The notes below the pieces were generated by a model that ran no database searches, was not told the DNA's origin, and saw only the letters and a program-made list of their open reading frames with translations. From contig NW_024704743.1 in the NCBI RefSeq assembly GCF_018977255.1, forward strand, positions 12,774,001 through 12,838,000: DNA of 64,000 nt, written 5' to 3'. The stretch comes from Callorhinchus milii. Its lineage: Eukaryota. The first letter of the stretch is position 1, and the number at the start of each line of letters is the position of its first letter. Shown piece after piece: positions 50,604 through 64,000 of the stretch. The translations under genes were made by a program, and so were the position numbers.

Positions 50604-52107
50604 ATCATGCTTGTTGCTCTCCTCAGGTGGTTGAATATAAAACGTCCAGCGACTAGTCTGTTGAATAGAAAACCGACTTGGTCCTTAATCCAACCCTAAG
50701 AGGTCATAATTCACAGCTACAAAATCATTTACTTATTCTGAAGTCTGGCCCTAATTTCTACAACAACCGTAGTGTGTTTATAAAAGCTTTGCTGCCTGGC
50801 TTTATCCATTCATTTATAGAATAGTTTTCAGTTTAGGAAGATGCCTTGTACCTGTATTGAGTGAACCAGTTCTGATTAACATCCTGGTTTGATAAATTCT
50901 GCTGAAGATGTTTAACTTTGGAATCAACACTGGGATTTAGCAGTTTCTTTTTCCATCTTGAAAATAATCCATGAAACAAAGAAGAGTACTCACTGCAGCT
51001 GACCTTAGCTGATCTTTCACAAACCTACACTCTCTGTAGAGTACCTTACATCAACTTCCTTATGAAATTCAAGAACAAGGGGTCATATCTTCAAAATATG
51101 GATAACAAAAGAGAATCGGCAATGCAGGATATATGTTAATAAAAGAACGTAAGACAAGCTGGTGGAACAAGAAAGCTTAAAAAAACCTTGTCAAGTTTCT
51201 GTCAATTTAAAGTATTTAGCATTATTATATATGGAGATGAATTTATTGAAGGAATCTTGGGCAAAATTCCTCATGGTCTCATTGATCACATCATTGGTAA
51301 CTGTGGTGACTTTAAATTGTCTGGTATTTTAAATGTTGGCACTAGAATCAGTCTTAATTTTGAGACAGTTGCAAAGGCCAATTTGAGGACACATATCAGG
51401 AAGCATTCCTTTACCCAAAGGGTAATTAATGAGTGGAACAGAGTACCAGGAAGGGTGGTTGAGGCTAGGATGTTGGACAGATTTATAATGGATTTCATGT
51501 AACGGAAAGATGATAGAGTGAATATTCTAGAAAGATAAGAATAAATGGGCCCAAAAGCTTCCTTCATCTGAATTGCTCTTGTAATATTGTGTCAGGTTTT
51601 CTCCAGCCCTTTTTCCAATGGGTTTTCCTTTTTTTTAAATTGGCAAATTTAATTGGTAGGACCCTGACTCCTATATTGATGGATATAATGCCTTGGATAG
51701 ATGATACTGGTGGATCTAGGATATCCTCTGAACCCTTGACTGAGTGTAAAGAATGGCTGCATAATACTAGCCTGTTGTGCACCACGTAACATTGCCATGG
51801 AGCAAGGCAGCAGTTTGGATGAAGATTAGATTTTAAATGCCTCACCTCTTGAAGACAGTCTAGACAGTCCAGCAAGTCAGAGCAGGAAAAGTTTCCCAAG
51901 AGTCGTCACTGAACTGCATAATTTAATTTCTAACCTTATTATTCATGTCTTATCTTTTCAGTTCCTTGGGATTGAATGGATGATCTTATTGTTTCTGGTA
52001 CTTAAAGTATCAATGAGTTTCAACAATGAAATGGAATGGAAGGGTCCTTGTTGCGACAATAGCTTTTATAGTCTCTTACCCATACTGTAACTGGAAACTG
52101 GATTGGA

Positions 52108-52404
52108 TTATAATAATAATAATCCTTGCATTTGATATAGTGCTTTTCATGTCTTCGAGACATCTCAAAGTTCTTCACAGAATATACTGTAAAGTGAATA
52201 TTTGTGGGTGAAACACGGCAGCCAATTGCACTCAGCAGTGTCCCACAAACAGTTGTGGATTGAAGTGACCAATTTTATTATTTTTTTTCTTGAGGGATTA
52301 TTATCAGGCATATGGAATAAGGGAACTTGCCCAAGGTTTCACCTTACCGGGAATCAAACCCAGGTCTCTCGCTTGCGAGACGAGTGCTCTAATCATTGAG
52401 CTAC
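52108..52404 (-). mobile_element. tRNA-derived Deu SINE
   Basis: Reverse-complement homology to the 3768 copy. Confidence 0.88.
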
Positions 52405-54214
52405 TCACAAAAGATTCTGCAATAGAAAGATATAAAACTGGCATGCTGGGCTGAATGTCCTTCTTATGTGCAATAAATTTCTTTGCAAATTTCTATAGCA
52501 TTTTACTAAACAAAAATCTCAAAGTACCCAGTATCCCACCAATCAGCAATCGAATACAATCCACAAGCTGGATGTGCAATGTTTAACATAATTCTACCAA
52601 TGAAAATAACAATTGGGTTCACCACTTGGGTTCTAGGATGCCATGAAGGTGTCATCAGTCAAGGGCTCAGAGGATATCCTAGATTCACCAGCACCAACTA
52701 TCCAAGGCATTATATTTATCAGTTGTGTATTTTATACACAATACAGCTAAATATTAACACGTGAGCTTACCTTAGTTCAGTCTGCAACATGCTGCATGTT
52801 AATGAAATAAAAACTAGCAATTGGGCATATCTGAGTATATTTAGTGTAATGAATAATGGATACATTGCTAAATTAACCCCCAACCCTATGTCAGATTTTG
52901 AGATATGAAACTGAAATCAGACTTACTTAGGGAGCCGTTTGAGTTAGAAAAACTTACAGTCACACCATTTGACATGAAGAACAATGAGACAATTATTGTG
53001 TTTATTAGTAGTAGAATAAAGTGTGTAGCTAGAGCAATATGTGATAAGGACATTTGTCATTGAGAGCAAAAAAATACTTGGAATCTTCAGGGATACCAAT
53101 GAGAAAGCTACAGATTTCCTGCAGCATAATCGTTTGCTGCCATGTTGCCTATATTGTAACTTTCATTCAATGCATTTTCTAAAGCTCTTCAAGATGTCCC
53201 TTTTACATGAAAGGTTCTGTATAAATGCAGTTGTTTTTGGTGTTGCATGATCCAGCAACCCTTCTCCAGTAGGTGATCGCATACTTGGCATTTTATTTAC
53301 TTTGAAGAGTGTTACAAGTAGCCCTATTGGGGACAATCATAGGCTCATTGCTAAAAATAGGTTTTTTTTTATTACCTCTTTGCATTGGGATTTCCCACTA
53401 AAAAGAAGGAACAAAATGATTGGCATCTGATAGACCCCCCTATCTATGAGAGTTGTATAGGGAGTAGAAGACCCTTCAATAGAGCTCTTGCTTCAAAGCA
53501 ATTCCTGCACAGCCAAGAGAAGGGTGTGAAACTTCTCTGGTGTTAATTTATGAACGGGCCGCAGAACACAAACAGATGTTGAAAAGCAGTTTGTGAATCT
53601 GTCATTAACTCCACTGCATGTAACTCTTGCGGTGCTACTTAGGTTATTACCTGGCGGAGGCAGCTTTAGCAACCCTGTCCCATATCTCCAGGTGGTGGTG
53701 AGATATTAAAAATGCAGCACTTTGAGACGTTCTCCTGATGCTATTTTAATGTAAATTTCTATTGGATTAAAATTGACCTCCATTCTTGACTATGGAAGTG
53801 GAAATCAGCTAGTGTTCCTGCTCCTGGAGCTCATCATCTCTCATATTGTTAAGAGTATTACGATTGAAGTTTTTTAGAAAAAGTCTTAAATTCAGTTTTA
53901 ATTTGTAAACGGTGGTTCCAAATTAACACTAAAAATCAGCTTCCAAATGAACACTGAATTTAAAACTGTTTTGCAAATTGCTCACAATTTTAAATTTTAA
54001 GACAATGGGGTATTAAGCCTGAGAACATAATGAGCATTTTGGATGCTTGTGGGAAAGTATATATTATTTAAGGACAGCACCAGCTTTGGTTACAATGTTC
54101 TCCATGCAAACATAGGTGGGCAGCAATTACTGTCCAGGGACACAGATAAAGAATGGTCACTTACGCTAGGGCCCAGAGGGATTGTTGGTACACATGGAAG
54201 CAAACACCAGCATA

Positions 54215-55705
54215 CAACAAAAACAACAACAAATTTCACTTGTATAGCACTGTTCACGTTGGAAAGATGTCCCAGGGCGCTGGACAATCAGTGGTTTTGG
54301 ACCTGAGCTGTGAGTTGGGGTCAGAAGGGGAGGAGAGCAGGAGGGGTGATGGTGGGAGGGTGGCCGAAGGCAAGATCGAAGAAGGTTTTCAGACGGGACT
54401 TGAAAGAGGCAAGAGAGGGGGTGAGGTGGAGGAATTGCGGGATAGAGTTCCAGAGTGTGGGGGCAGAAATGCTGAATGCCTGACTGGCAATGGTGGGGTG
54501 GGAAATGCAGGAGACCTGAAGAAGGCAGTTGGTGTAGTCAAGCCGGAACGCAATGAAAGCATGGATCAGTGTCTCGGCGGCCTGTAGTGAGAGGCAGTGG
54601 CGGAGGTGGGCATTGTTGATTAGGTGTTGAAATGTAGAATGGGTTATGGCATGAATGTGGTCTTTGAAGAATAGCTGAGGGTCAAAAAGGACCCCGAGGT
54701 ATCGGATTGGCTTGGTGAGGTGATGAGTGCAGCCTTGAATGGTAAAAGTGTCAGCGGCTAAGGTGAGGAGGTACTGCCGGGAGCCAAGCAGGACAGCCTC
54801 TGTCTTGCCAACGTTGAGCTGGAGGAAGTTGGCTCTCGTTCAAAACTTCATGTCAGACAGACAATTAGCCAGGACATCAATGGTCCTGGAATCGAGGGTA
54901 GAGGCGGCTAGATCAGATTGGGTGGTAGCCTCATACATCCATGTGAAAATTGACCCCGTGACTGCAGATGACATCACCAAGTTGGAGCATATATAGATTG
55001 AAGAGGAGAGGCCAAGGACAGAGCCTTGAGGGATACCACACTTGACACTGTGGGTGCCAGAGGAGAAGCTGTTGGTGGCCACGAAGTGTAGCCAGTAGGA
55101 AAGGTAGGATTGAAACCAGGCAAGAACAGAATCATTGAGGTGCAGGTGAGAGGAGAGGTCATGGAGAAGAATAATCAACAGTATTGAAAGTGGCTGAGAG
55201 GTCGAGGAGACAGAGACAGCCCTGGTCACAACAACAACAACAACAACTTGCATTTATGTAGCAACCTCCATGTGGGCCAGTGTCGCGGAGCGCTTAACAG
55301 TGGCAGAGCCTGACGCCGAGCCAGGGGGAAGGAGGAGCTGACCGTAAGCACGGTTGAAGAGGAAGGTCTTCAGTAGTGATCTAAAAGAGGGGAAGGAGGG
55401 GGCAAGGTAGAGGGATTGGGAGAGAGAGTCCCAAAGCTAAGGGGCATAGTGGCTGAAAGTGTGGCCGCCGATGGTGGAGCGGAGGAAACAAAGGACCCGG
55501 CTGAGTGGAGGCGGCAGGTAGTGAAGTAGGCAGAAAGCAGGTCAGAAAGGTAGGGAGGTGCCAGGGTGTGAAGGGATATGTAGACAAGTGAGAGGATCTT
55601 GAAATCAATCCATTCTGTGATAGGGAGCCACTGGAGGTTGGCAAGGACTGGTATGATGGGGGTATGGGGTTTAGCGTGGATGACAATATGGGCGGCGGAG
55701 CATAA
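54215..55705 (-). mobile_element. Two adjacent L2 fragments (54215-55228 and 55228-55705)
   Basis: WFQSYLS..GIPQGSVLG..CLSDMKF; two tails. Confidence 0.88.
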
Positions 55706-55835
55706 GTGCGCTAGCAGAGATTTAGGGAGGGAGAATTAAGGAAGAAAATTGGAGATAGAAAAATGGATGCCTATTAAGACGGTTTGTATCCTCCAAGTAA
55801 GTCACATATCCATTGCAAAGGCTCACCAGGCATGT

Positions 55836-56164
55836 GGAGTCCTGTAGCTCAGTGGTTAGAGCACTCGCTTTGCAAGTGAGAGACCTGAGTTCAATTCCAG
55901 GCAGGGCGAAACCTTGGGCAAGTTTCCTTACTCCACACGCCTAATAATAATCCCTCCAAAAAACAAAAACAATAATTAAATTGGTCATTTTCAATCTATG
56001 ACTGTTTGTGGGACATTGCTGTGCGCAATTGGCTGCCGCGTTCGCCCACAAATATACAGTCAACTCACTTTACAGTATATTCTGTGAAGCGCTTTGGGAC
56101 GTCCTCCCGACGTGAAAAGCGCTATATCAAAGGCAAGGATTATTATTATTATTATTATTATTAT
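55836..56164 (+). mobile_element. Young full-length Deu SINE
   Basis: Near-identical to the 3768 copy; long (TTA)n tail. Confidence 0.92.
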
Positions 56165-57659
56165 AACACAACAGCCAGATTGAAAACAATATAATTTATT
56201 GAAAGCCTTAGAGATGTTGATGGCTACTTTTTAAACTTCATTCAAGGTATCAAGAGGATTATGTTTGCAGAAGATGGGGTAAACATTGTCAGCATTTGAA
56301 AGATTTGCTCTGAAGTCAATTTGGTGAGCAGCGAGCTGGCTGCGATTAGAATATTGCAATAGTTTCTCTCTCACTGTGCCATATACACAGCGTGGGGCAG
56401 GAAGAAAGACTTTATAATTAGGATGGCAGATTGAAGTTGTAATAATGCCTGACAGAATGATGATGTTTTACTGCTAAAATATATCATTTTGCTGTACTCG
56501 GAATAGATGTACAGTGTTTTATTAAATTACCAGCTATCTGACTTTTAATCTAAACTAGAAATCCATAAAAAATTGACCGTAGGTGTTTACACTCACCAGA
56601 TGGGAATCTTTCATGGCACCAAATGCTGAAGTAAAGCGAAAATGCTTTATTCAGGAATTTGATCAGAATAAATAACTTCTCAACGAATGTAAATGCAGTG
56701 ATGGAGTAAGGAACACCTGGAAATTATAGGATTACAAGAGGGATTCGGCATGGGTTTATGAAGGTGGGGGATATCATGGCATGGCAACAACAACAACTTG
56801 TATTTATATTGCATCTCAAAGCACTAACATTGATGGAGCTTAACGTCGAACTGGAGAGAAGGATAGGTGATGGTAGGCACAGTTGAAGAGGAAGGTCTTC
56901 AGGTGTGATCTGAAGACAGGGCAACATCCTCAGGTGATCGTTCTAAAGACGGGGTAGGAGGAGGCAAGGTGGACAGATTGAGGACGAGCGTTCCATAATT
57001 TTGGGTGTGGTAGACACCTTGTTGACCAAAATAAAATGAGGATATTAATCAAATTCAAATTATTGATATTAACTTGGCTCTGAATCCTCATTGAGATATT
57101 TGATCTATCTATTTTGACCGCATTCAAATTCCTCCACAGTGTTGTCCCAACCTACCTCTGCCACCTTCTACAACCCTAATGACCCAGCCACTCCCTTGGC
57201 TCAACGAACAATAACCTGCTTCATGATCCCCATCCTATCCACCCCAGTATTGGCATGCAGGCTTTTCAGACATTCTGACCCTGCTCTCTGGAACTTCATA
57301 TTGGACTCGCTCTGACTCGCTCTCTTCCTCCCGCCTGCCTCAAGACTTACCTATTTGACTGCCCTTGCGGTCATCTTTCCCCTCACCAGCCTTTATCTTC
57401 CACTCCCTGGCTTGGGGGCCCAGCTAGAAGTGTAAAGCGCCTTGAGATGTCCTTCCAACATAAAATGTGCTAATTAAATGTGAATTATATTGTATTGTAC
57501 TTTGTAGGGTTGTTGAAAGGTGGATTGGAAAGTTGAATAATACATTTAGACAGCATGGCTGATCCAAACATGTCTTCAAATGGATTTTGTGCTGAAGAAA
57601 TTGAGGGCAGCTGCCACCATGACTGCCACGATAAGATACATTATGCGACACATGTCGCA

Positions 57660-57930
57660 AAAAGTACTGCAGATGCTGAAAATCTGAAACAAAAACAGAG
57701 ATCGCTGGGAACACTCAGCAGGTCAGGCAGCAGCTATGGAAAAAGGAGAGTGGGTCAACGTTTCGGAACCATGACCCTTCGTCAGAACCGGGGGATGTTG
57801 GGAGGGAGAGGTTTTATGGACTAACAAAGAGGGGAGATGGGGGCAAGAAAGACAAAAGGAGAAGATGTATTGAGGACAGGGGATGATGGGTTAAAGAGAT
57901 GTTAATGATGCAATGAACAAAGGGAATGAC
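57660..57930 (-). mobile_element. Penelope-like terminal repeat fragment
   Basis: Reverse-complement homology to about 7280-7535. Confidence 0.82.
57753..57789 (-). ncRNA. Second minimal hammerhead ribozyme motif
   Basis: Minus strand reads ggtt-CTGACGA-agggtcatggttcc-GAAA-cgtt-gacc. Confidence 0.68.
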
Positions 57931-58014
57931 AGGTACCGTTCAGGTACCAGCCACCTCCGCTCACTCAAGGGTCAGATGCTTGCCGATGAACGCACTTGGC
58001 TCAAATCTGATTTA

Positions 58015-59100
58015 CAACAACAACAAAATTACACTTATATAGCGCTTTTTACGTTGGGAGGACGTCCCAAGGCGCTGGACAGTCAGAGTTTTGGATCTGA
58101 GCTGAGGTTTGGGAGGGGGGAGGGCAGGGGGGGGAAGCAGGGAGATCGAAAGCACAATCGAAAGCACCCAACTCTATCTCTCTGCCTCCACCCTCGATTC
58201 CAGGACCATTGATGTCCTGACAGAATGTCTGTCAGACATCAAGTCCTGGATGAGAGCCAACTTTCTACAGTTGAATGTCAGCAAGACTGAGGCCTTCCTG
58301 ATTGTCTCACGCCAGCGCCTCCGCACCTAAGGCATGGGCAGCATCAGCACCCAAGGATACACACTCCAACTCACCAAGGCAGTCAGGAACCCAGGCATCT
58401 TGTTCGACCCTCAACTGTCCTTTCTCCCTCACATCTGTGCCATGACCCGCTCTGCCATCTCCCATCTCCACAACATTGCCCGACACCGCCTTTATCTCAA
58501 CCCTCAGGCTGCCCAAACCCTCATACTTGCCTTCATTTCAACCAGGCTTGATTATGCCAATGCCCTGCTTGTCAGCCTTCCCAACTCTTCCCTCCACAAG
58601 CTGCAGATCATCCAGAACTTTGCAGCTTGTGTCCTCTCCCACACCAGGCACTGAGACCTCATCACATCCACCCTTGCCCAGCTCCACTGGCTCCCCATCC
58701 CTCAGAGGATTGAGTTCAAAATTCCCATCCACACCTTCAAGGCCCTCCATGGCCTTACCCCCTCCTATCTCTCCGACCTGCCAACCTGTCCACTCCCTCT
58801 GCTCAGCAGGCTCCATGTCCTCCGCCCGGTCCACCCCACTATTGGCGGTATGGCCTTTAGCCTCTATGCCCTCACTCTCTCGAACTCCACATTCCCTTCA
58901 CTTCGCTCCCTCCCTTGCCTCCTTCAAGGCACACCTCAAGACCCTCCTCTTCAAACGTGCCTTCGGCCACCCTCCTACCCTCTCTGCCCTCCACTCCTTC
59001 TGATACCCCCACTCCCTTACCCCACTCAGATCCTAATCCCTGACTGTTCAGCGCCTTGGGATATCCTCCGGCCTGAAAGGCTATTTACAAATGTAATATT
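58015..59100. mobile_element. Head-to-head L2 pair (58015-58160 minus, 58165-59100 plus)
   Basis: L2 tails at both outer ends; the plus copy reads TQLYLS..DIKSWMRANFLQLN..RLDYANALL. Confidence 0.88.
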
Positions 59101-59321
59101 GCACTGTATTATGTGATTAACACAAAATCCTTTCATTACACAATTACAGGCAATTAGAATTACACATCACTCATAATTGACCCCATGTATCGAAATCTAA
59201 CAGGGTTCTAAATCTTAATATACAGGTTTCTTTGCATTCCATATCAAGATGATACATGTTAGATTCTTGAACCGAATTATACCTTCAAGTGGTAGATCTG
59301 TAAGTCAGAGTATGGCCATTG

Positions 59322-59407
59322 TCTTCTCCTCTCAGTGGAGAGGTATATTCTTCTCCTCTCAATGAAGAGGTATATTCTTCTCCTCTGCTCTCAGTGGAGA
59401 GGTATAT
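59322..59407. repeat. 27-bp tandem triplication
   Basis: tcttctcctctcagtggagaggtatat x3 with small variants. Confidence 0.9.
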
Positions 59408-59895
59408 GACTCTCAGTTTTTATTATGTTGTCATGACAATGTGCTTTTTAAAGACAGGGCTAAACGTATATCATGGGCACAAGTGTCTGAGGCCTGTAAT
59501 TTGCTACAGATAATGAGTCTAAAAATAATGTACATTGGTCTGAAACAGATTTTCAAAGAATGCTCTAATGTGATACAAGGCAATGTTTGTTGAATCACTT
59601 GCAATCTTGTGCAGTACTTAAAATAGCTTGCACTGCAATTGAGAGCAAAAGGAGATTAAAAATAGGAAAATTCACCCCATCAAGCCTGTTTCCTCCACCA
59701 AATATGTAAAACCTGTTCAACCATGGAAATGTTGGCGGGAGCCGAGGAGGTAATTTGCTATGTCATTAACACTATTCATGTTAAACTAGGAGAAAGTGAG
59801 GCTTTTGAAAACAGACGACAAATTGGACTAAACATCATTGGATCTAAAATCAAAAGTGGAAGTAGAAAAGTAGATTTATGTATCATCCACAAAAT

Positions 59896-60196
59896 AACAA
59901 TCCTTGCATTTGATATAGCGCTTTTCACGTCTTCTCGATGTCCCAAAGTGCTTCACAGAATAGACTGTAAAGTGAATTGACTGTATATTTGTGGGCGAAC
60001 GCGGCAGCCAATTGCGCACAGCAATGTCCCACAAACAGTCGTGGATTGAAAATGACCAATTTATTATTGTTTTTTTTTGGAGGGATTATTATTAGGCGTG
60101 TGGCATAAGGAAACTTGCCCAAGGTTTCGCCCTGCCTGGAATTGAACTCAGGTCTCTCACTTGCAAAGCGAGTGCTCAACCACTGAGCTACAGGAC
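59896..60196 (-). mobile_element. Young full-length Deu SINE
   Basis: Reverse complement of the 55836 copy. Confidence 0.92.
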
Positions 60197-61654
60197 ACAT
60201 TCAACAATAACAACAATTGCATTTATACAGTGCACTTTACAAGTATTGTGCCTCAGAGTTACAATAATAATAATAATCATTTTTGCATTTGATTTAGCGC
60301 CTTATCAAATGCAAGGATTATTATTATTATCATGTCTTCGAGATGTCTCAAAGTGCAAGTTCATTCACCACCATTCCCTGCCCTTCCTTATATTGTGTAC
60401 AATATTATACTTGTTACTTTTAAATGAGCCAGACTAACACTGGTAAAGATTCAGGTAACATGCACAAGTTGCTGGTAAAGTGAAAAAATGTCTGGAAAGC
60501 AAAATAGCCAGATGATTAGTAAGAAGAGATAGTTTTCTAAGATAGAGCTATCACTGACTGCACAGTCTATGTTTTGTAGCTCATGTATTATGCATGATTT
60601 ATATGAGATAAAACAACCCTTGTGTAATAGTGGGTCTCTGCCAGATATCAACTGAATGATTTGCCTTCTAATATTCAAGAGAGATCTGAGATGGGATCTC
60701 TCTGATGTCCTCTAAAAGGTTTAACAAGGTTAAAAATATACTGGAGGCAAAAAAGCAATTTCATTCATCGATAGTATCTGGCCTTCTCATTAGTAACTCT
60801 GAGTCTCTAATTCCCATTGTGAAATGCCACTTTTTCCACTTAATTGTTGAAACATTATAGAGTTATGCCTTTGTCTCCTCCCTCACTTCATATTACTTTG
60901 ATAGTGGACGATGAGACCTTAAACCGAGATCCAGACTGCCTGTTCAAGTGGAGATTAAAGATCCCAAGGTACTACTAAAAAAGGAAAAGAAAAGGCAACT
61001 TCTTCTGGTGCTCTGTTTAACAATCCTCTTGGTAACATTGATTATTCATTTCATGACTGATGGTGCTGTGCGCAAATTGGCTGCTGCATTCACCTACAAA
61101 ATTCAGTCACTAAACTTCACAGCAAACAGTTCTGTGAAGACATTTTGATGATGTGCCAAGGTTCTATATCAAATCTGAAGGTGGTGTTTTATTACTTATT
61201 GAGTTTAAAATTCTGATATTCCCAAACTCATTCATTTTTTAATTATCACTGGGGATTTCTTGACTGGAAGCTGTGCTGAATATTTGGGGGTGGCGGAAGG
61301 GCCATTAACATGGTGTTGTTTGGGAGAGGAGGTCAAGGTGGAGAAAATTATCTGAGTAAACTTTTTGAACTGTCTATTGCTCCATATCAACCTAAATAAA
61401 ATTGTCCCATGAGGTAAAGAGAGGTAGAAGTCACCAGAGGGAGCCAGAGACTGAGCAATGATCTTACAATCAGCGAGTGGTTTTTGAACAACGAGGCAGG
61501 AAATCTCAGAGCTACTTGAGAGAAGTGCACAGTTACCAACTATATTTTCAAAATGAAATTTCCAGGTTTAAATAGTTAAACGTAAATAATATAAATAGTG
61601 TCCCAGATCGATTGTGATTTGATAGAAGACCCGCCCCCTCCAAGAATAATACAA

Positions 61655-62830
61655 TAATAACTTGCATTTATAGAGTGCCCTTCACACAGGGAAGCGCTTA
61701 ATAATGGCAGAGCTTGACATCGAGCCGGGGAGAAGGCGAGGTGACTGTAAGCATGGTCGAAGAGGAAGGTCTTCAGATGTGATCTGAAGACAGGCAAAGA
61801 GAGGGTAAAGCAAAGGGATTGAGGCAGAAAGTACCATAGTTTTGGAATACGGTGACAGAAAGGATGGCTGGCAATAGTGAAACGGAGAGTCCAATGACAT
61901 ACAGGAGGCTGGAGCCAGCTGAGCAAAGGTGGTGGGAGTAGAGTAGAGTGTAAGCAGGTTGGAGATGTAGAGAGGTTCCAGGACATGAATAATAATAATA
62001 ATAATAATCCTTGCATTTGATACAATGCTTTTCACGTCTTCTAGATGTCTCAAAGTGCTTCACGGAATATGCTGTAAAGTGAATTGACTGTATATTTGTG
62101 ATTTGTATATGAGTGTGAGGATCTTGTAATCTTGTAATGTTTTGCAATAGAGAGACAGAGGAGCCTGGCAAGGACTGAGTTTGGTGTGGGTGAGTATACA
62201 GGCAGTGGAGTTTTGAATCAATTGGATTTGATGAATGGTGAGATCAGTGAGAAACACATTGGAATAATTGAGGCGAGAGGTGATGAAAGTGTGAATGAGG
62301 GTTTTGTCTGCGTGAGAAGTGCATACAGGTTCAGTACGTCTGAGGGTTAGGCTGTGGAGGTTAAGGAGATTGGAGCTACAAGTGAGAAGACATTGATGGA
62401 AATAAGGAGTATGGCTTCCATCTTATCAACATCCTGCTGCAGAAAGTTGGCACTCATCCAGGAGTTGATGTCGGACAACCAAGCTGACAGGTTATCGGTG
62501 GAGCTGGAGTTGCAGCTGGAGGAGAAGTAGATTTGGGTGTCGTCCACATAAATGTGGAAATTAACCCATGTCTGTGGATGACATGACCGAGAAGGACCAT
62601 GTAAATGTAGAAAAGGAGAGGTCCAAGGATGAAGGGGGCGGAGGAAAAATTTTGCGTAGACAAAGTGATGGCAGTTGGTTAAGTGGGACTTGAATCAGCA
62701 GAGTGCAATCCAACTAAATTGGATGAAGGAGGAGAGGCGGTCGAGGAGTATGACTGTGTTAAAGGCAACGGAGAAGACCAGGAGGACAAGGAGGTAGACG
62801 GAGCGAGAGTCACAGAGGGAGAGAGAGAGA
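61655..62830 (-). mobile_element. L2 fragment interrupted by a SINE tail (about 61988-62100)
   Basis: LGPLLFYIYM..DDTQIYFS..DINSWMSANFLQ. Confidence 0.85.
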
Positions 62831-63054
62831 ATTATAATAATTATAATAATAATAATCCTTGCCTTATAATATCATTAAAATATCTCAAATGACTTCACAA
62901 TATTTACTGCCTGTATATTTGTAGACAAATGTGACAGTCTTCTTGCACACAGCAATGCTCAACAAACAGCCATGGAGATTGTTGGCCGGGACACCAGAAG
63001 AAACTCCCTTCTCATTTTGAATGTGCCAGAGGATCTTTATTGTCCACTTAATCA

Positions 63055-64000
63055 ACATCAACAACAACAACAACAAAATTACATTTATAGAGCGCCTTTC
63101 ACGTCGGGAGGATGTCCCAAAGCGCCGAACAGTCAGGTGTCGGGGCCCGAGCATGGGGAGGGGAGATGTAGGGTTGAGGGAAGGCAGAGGGAGGGCGACC
63201 AAAGGCACGATCGAAGAGAAGGGTCTTGAGACCGGCCTTGAAGGACGCAAGGGAGGAAGCGAGGCAAAGGGACCGTGGGATGGAGTTCCAGAGTGTGGGG
63301 ACAGAGAGGCTGAAAGCCCGGCCAACGATGGTAGGGCAGATCGGGCGGGAGATATGGAGCAGGCAGGTTGGTAGGGAGTCAGCAGATCAGTGAGCTAGGA
63401 GGGGACAAGATCATGGATGGCCTTGAAAGTGAGGACGAGGATCTTGAACTCGATCCTCTGGGGGATAGGGAGCCAGTGGAGTCGGGCGAGGGTGGAAGTG
63501 ATGGGGTCGCGGAGCCTGGTGCGCGAGAGCACACGAGTGCAGAGTTTTGGATTATCCGCAGCTTGTGAAGGGAAGAGTTGAGAAGGCCGATGAGGAGGAA
63601 GTTTCCGTAATTGAACCTGAGATGACGAATGCGTGGATAAGGGTTTTGGCAGCCTGAAGGATGAGGTAGTGGAGGAGTCTGGCAATGTTGCAGAGGTGAC
63701 AGTAGGCAGTGCCGGTCATAACGTGGATGTGGGAGAGAAAGGACAGTTCAGGGTCAAACAAGACACCCAGGCTGCCGAAACCCTCACCAACTCATTCGTC
63801 ACATCAAGGCTCGACTATGGGAACTCCCTCCTCATCGGCCTTCCCAACTCTTCCCTTCACAAGCTGCAGATCATCCAAAACTCTGCAGCTCGTGTACTAT
63901 CACACACCAGGATCCGTGACCCCTTCACTCCTACCCTAGCCCGACTCCACTGGCTTCCCATCCCCCAGAGGATCAAGTTCAAGATCCTCATCCTCACCTT
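63055..64000. mobile_element. Head-to-head L2 pair (63055-63770 minus, 63768-64000+ plus)
   Basis: The same L2 segment (QAAKTL..LHWLPIPQRI.FKIL) is present in both orientations. Confidence 0.9.

Noticed and set aside
50850..50975. Minus-strand MDYFQD resembling human PHACTR1 MDYFLD, with a nearby CAG|GTACAA
   Set aside because: The frame stops after 11 codons; the exon at 36342-36460 fits far better in sequence and phase.

Overview
Eukaryotic, repeat-rich vertebrate DNA. The repeat landscape (L2 LINEs, Deu-domain tRNA SINEs, CR1 3' ends, Penelope fragments) points to a cartilaginous fish, probably a holocephalan; this is an inference. The window holds the 5' end of a PHACTR1 orthologue on the minus strand. 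A first coding exon at 36342-36460 (MNPWITEYILDRKCLERRLFSRGAK) splices in phase 1 to an exon at 24517-24669 (..[49 protein letters not shown]). The second exon sits in a CpG island flanked by C-rich minisatellites and a pure GGAGCW array. The rest is intron and upstream DNA, mostly decayed transposable elements. I found no evidence for a new multi-gene system. The best leads are two hammerhead-ribozyme motifs in Penelope ends, a possible frame-preserving (Pro-Ala)73 cassette exon, a candidate alternative first exon near 4.3-4.9 kb, a LINE that is neither L2 nor CR1, and a hAT MITE family with long internal inverted repeats. Homology calls are from memory, not database searches, and repeat boundaries are approximate.
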